From assembly GCA_963700155.1 (NCBI GenBank), contig OY969472.1, positions 445,511 to 509,510 on the forward strand: a DNA stretch of 64,000 nucleotides, written 5' to 3'. Below are positions 9,449-20,400 of this stretch, piece by piece. The stretch's first letter is position 1. Every line of letters starts with the position of its first letter. Source of the stretch: an uncultured bacterium. Lineage in GTDB: Bacteria > Patescibacteriota > Dojkabacteria > J137. The notes under the pieces are model-generated. The model saw nothing but the letters and a program-made list of their open reading frames with translations, searched no databases and was not told the DNA's origin. The translations under genes were made by a program, and so were the position numbers.

Positions 9449-10534
9449 ATGAGTATATTTAATCGAAAGTCAAAAGCGACTAGTGTTTTATTAGCGCTAG
9501 TATTAATTATAAGTTTTCCTTTATCCTTCTTTTTAAACAGTAGGGTAGATGCAGCTACATTTGGGAACTTTTCAGTTAGACCTTCAAGAGTAGAAGCTAG
9601 TATTACTGATGTTAACTTTCTTATAAAAGCTCAACCTGTGACAACTGCGACAGAAGATGAAGTTCAAGTTACTTTTGGAACTGGATACACAGTTGATGGA
9701 ACACCAGGTAATATTTCAGTTTCAACAACAGCAGTCTCCTCTTGGGATACTGATTGTGCAAATGCATGGCCTAGTATCGGAACAACTGCAACAGGTGTTT
9801 CTTCACAAGTTGTAACATTTGCATCCGGAGATCTTACTGTTGGACAAGTTTATTGTTTTATAATAACTGCAGGGATTGATAATCCCGCAAGTATTGGGAA
9901 TTATACAGTGGCAGTCGATACATTACAATCAAGTGCAACAGTTGATTCTGGAGTAATGTCCTTACCTATAATAGATGATGACTCAGTTGTTATAACCGCT
10001 TCAGTTGCACCTTTTGTAAGATGTGATGTGGGTACTACAAATGGTTTTAGCGATAATGCAGTTGATCTTGGAGTTTTACAATATGGTACTGTAAAAACTT
10101 CTTCAGAAGATATTAGATTAGGTCTTGGAACTAATTCTGTCGGTGGTGCAACACTTTATTACACCAGTACAAATGGAGGTTTAAATTCAAGCTCAGGGTC
10201 TTATACTTTAACAGGACCTACTGCAGAAGGGACTCTATCTCCAACAGTTTTAGATTGCACAGGAGCAACACCGTGTTTTGGTATTTACTATAGTGGTGTT
10301 TCTTCAACAAGTACAGGTTCAATAGCTGCAGATTCCAACTTCACAGGTTTAACAGCTACAGATGCAGCAGGTCCTTTAACTACTGCGGCGTATGGCCAGT
10401 CTGTTGCATCTTCATCAGGAGCACTATCTAATGGAGTAATTGAATTTAATGTAAATGCAACTGCTTCAGAGCAAGCCCCAGCTGCTTCAGATTATACTGA
10501 TACCTTAACATTTACTTGCAAAGCTGACTTGTAA
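9449..10534 (+). CDS. Secreted beta-rich surface protein with WxL/pilin-like C-terminus
   Basis: Signal peptide ending VDA; C-terminal ASDYTDTLTFTC; ATG 9449 preferred over TTG 9413. Confidence 0.6.
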   Translation: MSIFNRKSKATSVLLALVLIISFPLSFFLNSRVDAATFGNFSVRPSRVEASITDVNFLIKAQPVTTATEDEVQVTFGTGYTVDGTPGNISVSTTAVSSWDTDCANAWPSIGTTATGVSSQVVTFASGDLTVGQVYCFIITAGIDNPASIGNYTVAVDTLQSSATVDSGVMSLPIIDDDSVVITASVAPFVRCDVGTTNGFSDNAVDLGVLQYGTVKTSSEDIRLGLGTNSVGGATLYYTSTNGGLNSSSGSYTLTGPTAEGTLSPTVLDCTGATPCFGIYYSGVSSTSTGSIAADSNFTGLTATDAAGPLTTAAYGQSVASSSGALSNGVIEFNVNATASEQAPAASDYTDTLTFTCKADL

Positions 10535-10573
10535 ATTTCATAATTATAGGTAAATTTTGATTCTTAGTTTTGT

Positions 10574-11611
10574 ATGAAAAAAAACTTCTTTATAATCTTA
10601 ATCTTTGTAATAATCTCTTTTATAATTATACAAAAAGTAAGGGCTCAGGAAACTGGAGTTATTGTTTCACCACCAACATTCAGTAAAAATTTGCAAGAAG
10701 GAACAAGCTATAACCAATTATTTAACGTAACAAACCAGAAAACCCAGGATAATGAATTTTTTATAACGACAAGGGACATTACAGTTGATGATAATGGTCA
10801 GTTTACTTCAGTAGAAAATCAAGATGGTAATAATGAATCTACTTTTGTAAAAAATGGATGGCTTACAATAACCCCAAGTTCTTTTTTTTTAAAGAGAGGA
10901 GAGTCCAACCAGTTTTCAGCACATTTTGATGTCCCATTAAATTTTCCTACTCATGGTTATTATTTTGAAATTGTTGTTACTACCAAAAAACCACAAGAAC
11001 AAGGTGGTAAAGTTGGATTAGTGACTGAAGTCGCTATACCATTGAGTGTAAATTACATTGGGAAAGAGGATGAAATAAGGAAATTCGCTATTGCCACTTT
11101 TGACAGTACATCTGATGCATTTACTACTACAAACTTTTTGTATGAGTATCCTCCAGTTGAATTTAAAACTGTACTTCAAAATATTGGGAATGTAAATGTT
11201 GTACCAACTGGTGAAATCTTTATTTCAAGAGACAATTCTTTTTCAAATGTTATTGCTACTATTCCTTTCAATCCAACAGGACAAACAGGTTTTGCAGGCA
11301 CTTTCAGAGAATTTCAAAACACTTGGGATGGTGGTTTCTTAACATTAGATGATAATAATAGACTACAAGTAAATTTTAATCAGCTTAGTGACTTTAGAAT
11401 AGGGCAGTATTATGCTCAGCTTAATGTTGTTTGGGATGGGCTGCAAGGTAAAGAATTTGAGAATAGAATAATTACATTCTGGATAATTCCTTGGAAATTA
11501 ATATTACTTTTAGTTGGTATAATAATTGTAATAATATTCTTACTGATAAGAGGGAGAAGAATTAAAAGAAGAAAAAACAAACAGCAAATATTTACAAATT
11601 TTAATCAATAA
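10574..11611 (+). CDS. Membrane-anchored Ig-fold protein, DUF916/DUF3324 (WxL-interacting)-like
   Basis: Signal peptide, GVIVSP, NIGNVNVVPTG, C-terminal WIIPWK TM helix plus basic tail. Confidence 0.6.
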   Translation: MKKNFFIILIFVIISFIIIQKVRAQETGVIVSPPTFSKNLQEGTSYNQLFNVTNQKTQDNEFFITTRDITVDDNGQFTSVENQDGNNESTFVKNGWLTITPSSFFLKRGESNQFSAHFDVPLNFPTHGYYFEIVVTTKKPQEQGGKVGLVTEVAIPLSVNYIGKEDEIRKFAIATFDSTSDAFTTTNFLYEYPPVEFKTVLQNIGNVNVVPTGEIFISRDNSFSNVIATIPFNPTGQTGFAGTFREFQNTWDGGFLTLDDNNRLQVNFNQLSDFRIGQYYAQLNVVWDGLQGKEFENRIITFWIIPWKLILLLVGIIIVIIFLLIRGRRIKRRKNKQQIFTNFNQ

Positions 11612-11613
11612 TA

Positions 11614-12468
11614 ATGGCTCAAGGTATCACATTTCTACCATCAATTTATGAGTTAGAGCTCAGTAAGGGGGATACTTTAAAGCTGACCGGAGCAATTACT
11701 AATGACACGGATAAGTCGATAGTATTTACACTTGATAAAAAGAATGTTTCTATAGATTCAATAGCTCAAGGGAATTTAAATCTTATCGATTATGCACAGT
11801 TTACACCTGCTGATTGGATTATTTTAAGCAATGATAAAATACAGGTTAGTTCTCATCAAACTAAAAACTTCAATTTTGAAATTAAACTACCTAAAAATGC
11901 AGATATCAAAGATTACTACCCTTTAATTCTATTACAAAATGAAGAGAGTAAAAAGCAAGCAGATATTGGAGTTAATTATAAAGTAGCGGTACCAATACTT
12001 GTAAATATAAAAGAACAGACTGAACCAGCACAGGATTTTATTAAAATTACAGATTTCAGGAACGCCAATAATATTGTTACAAATTTAAATCTTAATCTTA
12101 GTTTTGGAATAAATAATTTAAGTAAAAACTTTGTAAAACCTTCAGGAATAATAAAAATTTATGATAATAATGGCCAACTTTTAGAAAACTTACCTCGAAT
12201 AAATGATGATTTTAAAACAGTTTTACCAGGACAGGTTTTAAGCGAGAATATAAACTGGGATGGAGCAGAGAATACTTTTTCAATTATTCCTAAATTTGGA
12301 AATTATAAAATTCAACTTGAAGTTTATACTGATCCAGCAGAACAACCTGTTGTGATGGAGTCTAACTTTTTTATTTTACCAATTTATCATATTATTGCAG
12401 CAATATTGTTAATTGTTGCTGCAGTATTCATAATAATCAGATTAAGAAAAAGAAGAATTAATCGTTAA
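11614..12468 (+). CDS. Second DUF916/DUF3324-like membrane-anchored protein
   Basis: GITFLP, NLSKNFVKPSG, FFILP TM helix plus basic tail; same layout as the upstream gene but no obvious signal peptide. Confidence 0.55.
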   Translation: MAQGITFLPSIYELELSKGDTLKLTGAITNDTDKSIVFTLDKKNVSIDSIAQGNLNLIDYAQFTPADWIILSNDKIQVSSHQTKNFNFEIKLPKNADIKDYYPLILLQNEESKKQADIGVNYKVAVPILVNIKEQTEPAQDFIKITDFRNANNIVTNLNLNLSFGINNLSKNFVKPSGIIKIYDNNGQLLENLPRINDDFKTVLPGQVLSENINWDGAENTFSIIPKFGNYKIQLEVYTDPAEQPVVMESNFFILPIYHIIAAILLIVAAVFIIIRLRKRRINR

Positions 12469-13646
12469 ATGCTACCAGCAACAAGAAAAGTTAAAGTATC
12501 TGTATAATCCCCTGCACTTATAGTAGTTTCGTCAGCTTTAGCTTTCACATAATAACTAATTCTTCCCTCATAAACCGGTGAACTTGAAGAATTTAATATT
12601 TCAGTCCCAGGAAAAACATCCGAAATACCACCTACGATGTTTCCACTCTGACTAAAACTACTAGTCGCTTGAAGTGGACCTAAATAAGTTTGTGTTGTTG
12701 AATATTCTTGTATTCCAAATCCTTTAGCAGAATCTAAATCAACATCTATAGAGGGGATTGTATTACTAGAAGAAGCACTAAAAAGACCTCCATTCAAACT
12801 TTCTCCAAACACCTGAACTCCTTGAGTCATATTTGTTCCTACATCCATCCAGATTAGGTTGGCGGCGGTCGAAACATTCGGATAAGTAATCGTCCCAAGA
12901 TCAACAGCATATGGTCCGCCTGTTTCGACCGCCGCTCCAGAAGTATTTGCAATATCAATATCAAAAGTTATCATTGGATAAGAAGTTGTTGTATTTGCAT
13001 CAGTACTAGGTTCAGTTTCAGTAAAATCACCATGCAAAGCTGTTAACTTCAAATAATAAGTTGTATTTGGATTTAATCCTAAAATATTAAATGTTGGAGT
13101 TTCCCACGAAGATTCAGTTAAATAATCATTAATATCATGACTTGCAGCATTTTCTATCAAAAATGTTGAACCATCAATATATTGCCAGGTGCTCCATGAT
13201 GGATCAGTAGAAATTCTTACACTATATAAAGTGTCACTGGGGTTATCCTGTGGATCTATCTCAAACCTAGCTTTGTTAAAACATCCCCCTTGTCCACAAA
13301 CTTCAACCATTCCAGCTGTAACAGCAGGATTATCACAAGCACTAGACCCTGAGGATATAGTTTCAAAACATTTTACTTTCGGAACGTTTGCTTTCCATGT
13401 GTTTGTAACTCCTGTTCCAAGTGTATAATTATTTGAACTAAATCTTACATCATTTAATATTTCATCTCCTGAGATCAAGCTTTTTAAATTTGTTCCATCA
13501 ACTGAATTTTCTCCAGTTGTAGAAAAAGTAAAATCTTTAATTTTTAAATTATTTGAATCTAAATCTTCTGCAAAAATAACACTTGAAAATAATGTTGTGA
13601 TTAGAAAAAAAAATATAAGAATTTTTAGAGTATTTATTTTATTCAT
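12465..13646 (-). CDS. Secreted protein with FN3-like segment and WxL/pilin-like C-terminus
   Basis: Signal peptide, GLNPNTTYY, C-terminal AGDYTDTLTFLVAG. Confidence 0.6.
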   Translation of the reverse strand: MNKINTLKILIFFFLITTLFSSVIFAEDLDSNNLKIKDFTFSTTGENSVDGTNLKSLISGDEILNDVRFSSNNYTLGTGVTNTWKANVPKVKCFETISSGSSACDNPAVTAGMVEVCGQGGCFNKARFEIDPQDNPSDTLYSVRISTDPSWSTWQYIDGSTFLIENAASHDINDYLTESSWETPTFNILGLNPNTTYYLKLTALHGDFTETEPSTDANTTTSYPMITFDIDIANTSGAAVETGGPYAVDLGTITYPNVSTAANLIWMDVGTNMTQGVQVFGESLNGGLFSASSSNTIPSIDVDLDSAKGFGIQEYSTTQTYLGPLQATSSFSQSGNIVGGISDVFPGTEILNSSSSPVYEGRISYYVKAKADETTISAGDYTDTLTFLVAGSI

Positions 13647-13805
13647 ATAACGTTCATTCTAATTGTTAGAAGACTACAAAGTCAAACTTTCTTAAGCAAT
13701 AAATTATTGACACCAGGTATCTATTCCTATAAGCTGTATTATTGAACTATTAACCTTTTTATTTAACTTTGCACGACTGCTTTTGATATATACTAATTAA
13801 ATATC

Positions 13806-16800
13806 GTGCACAAAGTTAACTCAATAAACAGAAGAGAATTTTTCATTGCTATATTTAGCATTCTTTTTTGTATATTTATTTTACTCAATCAAAGAATTCA
13901 GCATGTATTCGCAGCTTCAAATAGTACAATTTCTATCCAAGGTAAAATTGTAGATAAAAACGACGGGACTAATGTAACTTCGTCAAGTGTAGCTTGCATA
14001 AATAATGGAGGTCCGGATGCTTGCAAATTTAGAGTTAGTATTTATGATGGAAATACTGGAAGCGATACTCTACTATGGCAAGAAACTCATACAAATGTTG
14101 AAATCGGGGATACTGGAGGAATATTTAATTTGAACTTGAACTCAATTTGTGGAAGCTGGGACAATCCCACTACTCCATGCAGTGGAAGTGGAATTACTTG
14201 GGGCAGCGGGGATCTATATATTCAAATCGATGTTGATGTAGATAATGACAATAGTTATTCCGAATCCTTCCCCGCTGCCCCGGCAGATAGACCGTTATTT
14301 ACTAGTGTTCCATATTCATACTACTCTGATGTTGCTGGGACAGTTCCTGCAAACAGTTTAGATTTCACTGAGTTTAAAGATACAATGACATTAGATAATT
14401 CAACTATTATAGATTTTGGATCATCTACAAATAGTTTTACTCTTCTAAATAATGGTTCTGGTGATGGTATTGTAAATTTAACTTCTACTGGTGGATTTAA
14501 TATCCAAAGTGGTGGTAACACATACGCACAATTCACGGCAGCCGGAAATGTAGGAATTGGATTAGCTACAGCACCGGATGGGAAATTACAAATTAAAACA
14601 GATAGTACTGCTGCATCGGGTAGTACTTACGGACTGCATGTTAATGGTTCACAATCTACTGCAAATTCAGGTTCTTATTATGGAGTATATTCAAATCCAA
14701 GTTATACTGCTGCCTCCGGTAATACGTTAAGTTTTCTTTATGGAGGCAATTTTAGCCCCTATAACGGATCAACAGGAACAATTTCATATTTATATGGTCT
14801 ATATAGTGGACCTAATAATACTGTTGGGGGTTCGATTGGTTCAATCTATGGGTTAAGTGCAGCACCAACAAATTCTTCAAGTGGTTCTATAACATCAATG
14901 TATGGAATTTCAGCTGTAACTATAAAATCAGGCACTGGTACAATTGGTACTGCATATGCATTGTATGGACAAGTGAGGAATAATAACGCAACTGGGGCAA
15001 TTACAACTGGATATGGTCTTTATATCGACACACCAGCCACAACTGGAGCTATTACAAATAACTGGGGTATTTATCAAGCTGATACTGCAGGCTTAAACTA
15101 TTTTGGAAATAAAAGCAGTTTTGGAACAACTACTGCGACAGCATATTTAAATTTAGCTCCAAGCACCACATCACAAGCTAGTTTAAGATTAGTAAGCAGT
15201 GCAGGCACAGATCCTTCTTCTGCTAATAGTGGAGATTTATGGTGGAATGGAACTAACCTTTACTTTAATGATGGTGGCTCAAATACTGATCTCTTAGCTG
15301 GAGGTGGTTGTGGAGGTAGCTGCTTTGAACAGGGAGGAAATGCTTTTGGTGCAACTGGTGTTCTTGGTACAACAGATTCTAATGATGTCTCAGTTATAAC
15401 TAATGGAACTAATAAATTATATATACAAGATTCTACCGGTAATGTTGGTGTTGGTAATAATAATCCTACTTCACTTTTCTCGGTTGGCTCTTCATCTGAA
15501 TTTCAAATAGATTCTTCTGGTAATATCGTTAACTTAGGTGGTGCTGCTCATTCTATTGCTAACTCATCTGGTGCTCTTAATATTGATTCTGCTTCAACAG
15601 GAGCTATTAATATTGGGACATCTTCTAATGCTAAAACTATTACTGTTGGTAACACTACTGGTGCTACTGGTTTAGTCTTTAACTCTGGTACAGCTGGTAT
15701 TTCATCTACTTCTACTGCGACATCTGGTAATGCATTTTCATATACTGCTAATTCTCTTAGTAGTGGTAATGGTCTTTATGTTACATCAACCGCTGCTTCC
15801 TTCTCTGGTTCTTTAGCTAAAATTTTCTGGAATCCTACTTCTGGTAGTACTGCTACTGGTGATTTATTTACTATTGACACTGCTGGTGGAAGTGTTTTAG
15901 GTAACTTATTCAATGTTAAAGATGGTGGTAGTTCTTTATTCTCTGTTTCTCAGACTCAGGTCACTTCCACCATTCCTGTTCAATTTAATGCTCCTGGTGA
16001 TGTTGCAATTGCGTATGATATTGTTTTAACAAATCCTGTAGCATCATTTGTAAAGTCAAACTCTAATTTAAATTTACAGGCTGGAGCATCTTTTGCATCA
16101 TCAAATTTAACTTTAAGTACATTTAATAGCGGGATGATCGTTCTTGATTCTGCTACTGTTTATGCTAATGGGAATGTAGGCATCGGAGTCTCTCCTTCTT
16201 ACAAGCTTGATGTTCTGGCAAGTGGGACAGGAGTAATCGCTAGATTTAATAGCGCTAATACTACTGGTTGTACTCTAGCTACTGGTGGAACTATTTCTTG
16301 TTCTTCTGATGTTAAATTAAAACAAGATATTGCTGATATTAATTATGGAATCGGCACTGTAATGCAGCTTAGACCTGTCTCATTCAACTGGAGAAATCAA
16401 GATAATCCTTATAAAAGTTTAGGGTTTATTGCACAAGATGTTAATTCAATTTTACCTAATTTAGTAACAGTTGATTCAGCTTCTGGGAACATGGAGTTAA
16501 ATTCTATCGGATTTATTCCAATATTAACTAAAGCAATCCAAGATCAGCAGGAAGAGATTACTGCAATGCAGTCAGTTTTAGGTATTTCAACAAACGGGAG
16601 TGCAGCTCATATTTTAACGCAGGAAAATATTCTAAGTTATTTAAACAATACAACAATTCCTAATTTTAAAGTTAAAAAAATCACTATAAATGAACAGCTT
16701 ATTGCTAAATCTGTTGTAGTCGTAGGTGATACTACGTTTATTGGTAAGGTTAGTGTTGGAAGCGATACTGCAGGGAAAGCAACTATAAAAGCAGGGGAAA

Positions 16801-17012
16801 GTAATGTTAAGGTAATGTTCTCATCATCATATCAAGAAGCACCTATTGTAACTGTAACCGCCGTAAATTCATCTGTAATCTATAAAGTTAAAAATATTTC
16901 AAACAATGGATTTACAATCGAATTGAGTAATCCAGAGACAAGCGATATTGAATTTAATTGGATTACAGTTGGAATAACTCAAAGTACACCAGCTTCATAC
17001 CCACTTAATTAA
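13806..17012 (+). CDS. Secreted tail-fibre-like protein with peptidase S74 intramolecular chaperone domain
   Basis: Signal peptide (VFA), GNVGIG repeats, SDVKLK...LRPVSFNW...GFIAQDV...KAIQDQQ. Confidence 0.8.
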   Translation: MHKVNSINRREFFIAIFSILFCIFILLNQRIQHVFAASNSTISIQGKIVDKNDGTNVTSSSVACINNGGPDACKFRVSIYDGNTGSDTLLWQETHTNVEIGDTGGIFNLNLNSICGSWDNPTTPCSGSGITWGSGDLYIQIDVDVDNDNSYSESFPAAPADRPLFTSVPYSYYSDVAGTVPANSLDFTEFKDTMTLDNSTIIDFGSSTNSFTLLNNGSGDGIVNLTSTGGFNIQSGGNTYAQFTAAGNVGIGLATAPDGKLQIKTDSTAASGSTYGLHVNGSQSTANSGSYYGVYSNPSYTAASGNTLSFLYGGNFSPYNGSTGTISYLYGLYSGPNNTVGGSIGSIYGLSAAPTNSSSGSITSMYGISAVTIKSGTGTIGTAYALYGQVRNNNATGAITTGYGLYIDTPATTGAITNNWGIYQADTAGLNYFGNKSSFGTTTATAYLNLAPSTTSQASLRLVSSAGTDPSSANSGDLWWNGTNLYFNDGGSNTDLLAGGGCGGSCFEQGGNAFGATGVLGTTDSNDVSVITNGTNKLYIQDSTGNVGVGNNNPTSLFSVGSSSEFQIDSSGNIVNLGGAAHSIANSSGALNIDSASTGAINIGTSSNAKTITVGNTTGATGLVFNSGTAGISSTSTATSGNAFSYTANSLSSGNGLYVTSTAASFSGSLAKIFWNPTSGSTATGDLFTIDTAGGSVLGNLFNVKDGGSSLFSVSQTQVTSTIPVQFNAPGDVAIAYDIVLTNPVASFVKSNSNLNLQAGASFASSNLTLSTFNSGMIVLDSATVYANGNVGIGVSPSYKLDVLASGTGVIARFNSANTTGCTLATGGTISCSSDVKLKQDIADINYGIGTVMQLRPVSFNWRNQDNPYKSLGFIAQDVNSILPNLVTVDSASGNMELNSIGFIPILTKAIQDQQEEITAMQSVLGISTNGSAAHILTQENILSYLNNTTIPNFKVKKITINEQLIAKSVVVVGDTTFIGKVSVGSDTAGKATIKAGESNVKVMFSSSYQEAPIVTVTAVNSSVIYKVKNISNNGFTIELSNPETSDIEFNWITVGITQSTPASYPLN
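15594..16705 (+). repeat. Copy 1 of a ~1.1 kb colinear direct repeat (copy 2 at 21303-22414)
   Basis: Constant offset of 5709 nt; near-identical except a more diverged ~200 nt middle. Confidence 0.9.
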
Positions 17013-17380
17013 GGAGTAGAATTTGAATTACTTTGAGAGATTTGGGCTACATTTACAATCTTATTTACAGATGCTCTATAAATAATTGCCTCAGAAGTAA
17101 AAATAATTAGAGTATCACCATTAACAGCATTTTTATAAAATTCCGGGTCTTCGTTTTTTAACTGGTCAATATTACTAATAGTAGCAATTTTAGGATTAGA
17201 CTCATCGGGTAATATTATTAAGTCAGTAAGATTAGAAATAATACTTTCTTTTGTTGATTGTTGAGATTGTAAATCTACTTGATTTTTTAAGATCACATAT
17301 TGATATACCAAGAAACCCATTACAGTTAAGAAAATGAGCACTATTAGAATTAACAAAATATTTTTATTTTTTTTAACCAT
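17009..17380 (-). CDS. Small membrane-anchored protein, paralogous domain to 35988..36707
   Basis: N-terminal TM; P.IATI...DQL...PEFYKNA.NGD...IIYR motif. Confidence 0.7.
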   Translation of the reverse strand: MVKKNKNILLILIVLIFLTVMGFLVYQYVILKNQVDLQSQQSTKESIISNLTDLIILPDESNPKIATISNIDQLKNEDPEFYKNAVNGDTLIIFTSEAIIYRASVNKIVNVAQISQSNSNSTP

Positions 17381-17498
17381 AAAAAGTGACTTAAATATTG
17401 ATATAGACAGCGTTTCAGTCTAGAATAAATCGTAAACCATTTTTTTTGGAATATCAACTATATCTTTATAAGAAAAGTTGGTTATTAATTAACAGATA

Positions 17499-20400
17499 TT
17501 GAAATTGAACAAAATTACTAAAATAATAATTTTAGCTTTCTTAGTCTTTGGGTTTATTTTACCTACTTTAAGTTTAGATGCATCAACAAGAAGTACAATT
17601 GAATTTAAATCTGGAATAGTTGACCAAGATGGTACTCCACTATCTGATGGAATTTATAATTTTGGATTTATAATCTTTAATCAATCTACTGGGGGTTCAT
17701 CACTTTGGAGCGAAAATTGGTCAAGTGTCGAAGTAAGGAGAGGTCAAGTTAGTGTAGATTTAGGATCTATAAATCCTTTTCCTGATTCCTTGTTTGCTAA
17801 TGATTCTTTGTACCTTCAAGTTTGTTTAAATGCTAATGGAATAGCAGGAGATGGTTCTGGATCTTGCGGTGGAAATTATGAAGAAAGTTTTAGTCCAAGA
17901 AAAGCTATAACAGCAGTAGCATGGTCATATAGGGCAAACACTCTCTCATCTGTAGATATAGCTAAAGATGAAACTGCATATAATCTTAATATATACGGAG
18001 ACTCGGGAACGCTATTAAATTTAAATTTCAATAGTACTAGCCAGTTTAATATAGGTTCAGCAGGTAGTTTATCACTAGGAACTGGAAATAGTTCTTTCTT
18101 ATTCTCGCCAACAAGCAATTCTATTAATTTGACAGGAACAACAGATATATATTTCGGTGCTAACGCTTCCCTCAGGAACAACTCATCTTCAGAAAATTCA
18201 GGTGCAAATATTATTGGGGTTTATACTGAAGGACTTCAAAATATAACAGGAAATACTTTGCAAAAAGTAATAGAAAATATCGATGGATTATTTAAATGGA
18301 AGCCAGGTACATCATCTTCAATTTCTTATAGTGGTGGAAATGTAGGAATTGGAACAACCACACCTAATTATTTATTAGATGTAAATGGGACAGGAAGTTT
18401 TTCAGGTGGATTAAAAATAGGAAACACAACAACAGGGGTGGCTGGAATGTTAAGATGGAACGGATCAGATTTTGAAGGATATAATGGAAGCTCTTGGAAT
18501 TCTTTAACTTCAGGTGGCGGAGGGGGCAGTCCATCTGGAAGCGATGGATATATACAATTTTATAGCTCAGGATCATTTGGGAGCAGTGCTAATCTTAATT
18601 GGAATATAGCAAATAGCTATTTAACAATTGGCTCATCAGCCGGGACTTCGGGAATACTAAATTTAGGACCAGCCACTACAACAAGATCCTCATTAAATTT
18701 AGCAAACTCTTCAGGGGTAAATGTTTCTAGTCCAACATCAGGAGATTTATGGTGGAATGGAACAAATCTTTATTTTTATAATGGATCATCAAATGTTGAC
18801 TTATTGGCTAGTGGCGGAGGCTCATGTGCTACATGCTTTCATCAAAGTGGAGATGCATTTGGAACAACAGCTACTTTAGGAACTACAGATTCAAATACAT
18901 TATCAATTATTACAAATAATACACCAGCTATTACTATATTAAGTGATGGGAAAGTTGGTATCGGGGTATCTCCTACTGTAAAACTTGATGTGGCCGGAGC
19001 TGTAACTTTAACAGGTGTTTTAACAACTGGAAGCTCAGCAATCTCATTAACATTAGCAACAGGTTACATTGATGCTAATGCAATTACATTATCTGGTTCA
19101 ACATTAGATGTCACTTCGAATGGACTTAAAGTTGCTGATGGTGGTATTACTGGTACTCAACTAAATTCAAGCGTAGCTGGGACTGGTCTAACAGGAGGAG
19201 GAGGCTCTGCTTTATCTGTTCTTTATGGATCATCTGCTGGTAATGCTGTTCAAGGGAATACTTCAATAACTGTTAGTGCTGGATCGGGATTAGGAGGTGG
19301 TGGAAGTATTACTTTAGGAAGTGGCGGAACTGTCACTTTGAATAACGCTGGTGTTACTGCTTTCAATACTTTTACTGGTGGTATAACTTTGAATGGAACG
19401 ACAAATCAAGTTAATATTGATAATAATTCAGGGACTATTACACTTTCTACACCTCAGGATATTGACAGTTCCGCCACACCAACGTTTGCCGGAGTCTTGC
19501 TTTCAGGCTTATCTGCAAGTTCTGCAGTCTATACAGATGGATTAAAAAATTTAACAACAACTGCTCCAACTACAGGAGCTATAGGATATTTAAGTAGAAC
19601 CGGGACAACATTATCTCCAGCAACTGCAGGAGATAACTTTACCACATCAGGTGATATTTCGACTTCAGGTTCAGGTACTATTACATCAACAGGGTTATTA
19701 ACAGGAAATTCTGGGTTAACAGTTTTAGGGACAACTTCGATTAATGCTTCTGGAATTGGGACTACAACAATCGGAAGTGGATCGGGAACAGTTACAATTG
19801 CAGATGGAACTGGTAATTTAAATTTAGGTAATAGCTCAGGAACATTCTCTTTAACATCAAATGGTGGATTAAATGTTACAACTGGGGGAAATATTACTGC
19901 TGGTACATATAATGGGAATACTTTAACGTCTACAGCATTAACTTTCTCGGGTTCTAATCCAAATATTTCCCCATCTACAGGAAATACCGGAATAACAATT
20001 AACGCAAATGGGAGCGGAACGATCGGAATTGGAGCGACTTCAACTGGAGATATATTATTGGGTGGAGGTAGCGGTTCTACAGGTTGTACAATCGAAAATT
20101 CTACAGGAAATCTAACTTGTTCCGGAACAATAAGTGGATCGAATACTACAAATTATTGGAGCAGAGTGGTTACAACATTATCTCCAGCTACTGCAGGAGA
20201 TGATATAACTACAGCTGGGAATATTTACACCTCAAGTTCAGGCACTATTACATCAGATGGTTTAATAACTGGAAATTCTGGGTTAACAATTTTGGGGACA
20301 ACTTCGATCAATGCATCAGGCACAGGAACAACTACAATTGGAAGCGGGTCTGGAATTGTAACTATTGCTAATGGAACTGGTAACTTAGCTTTAGGAAATT

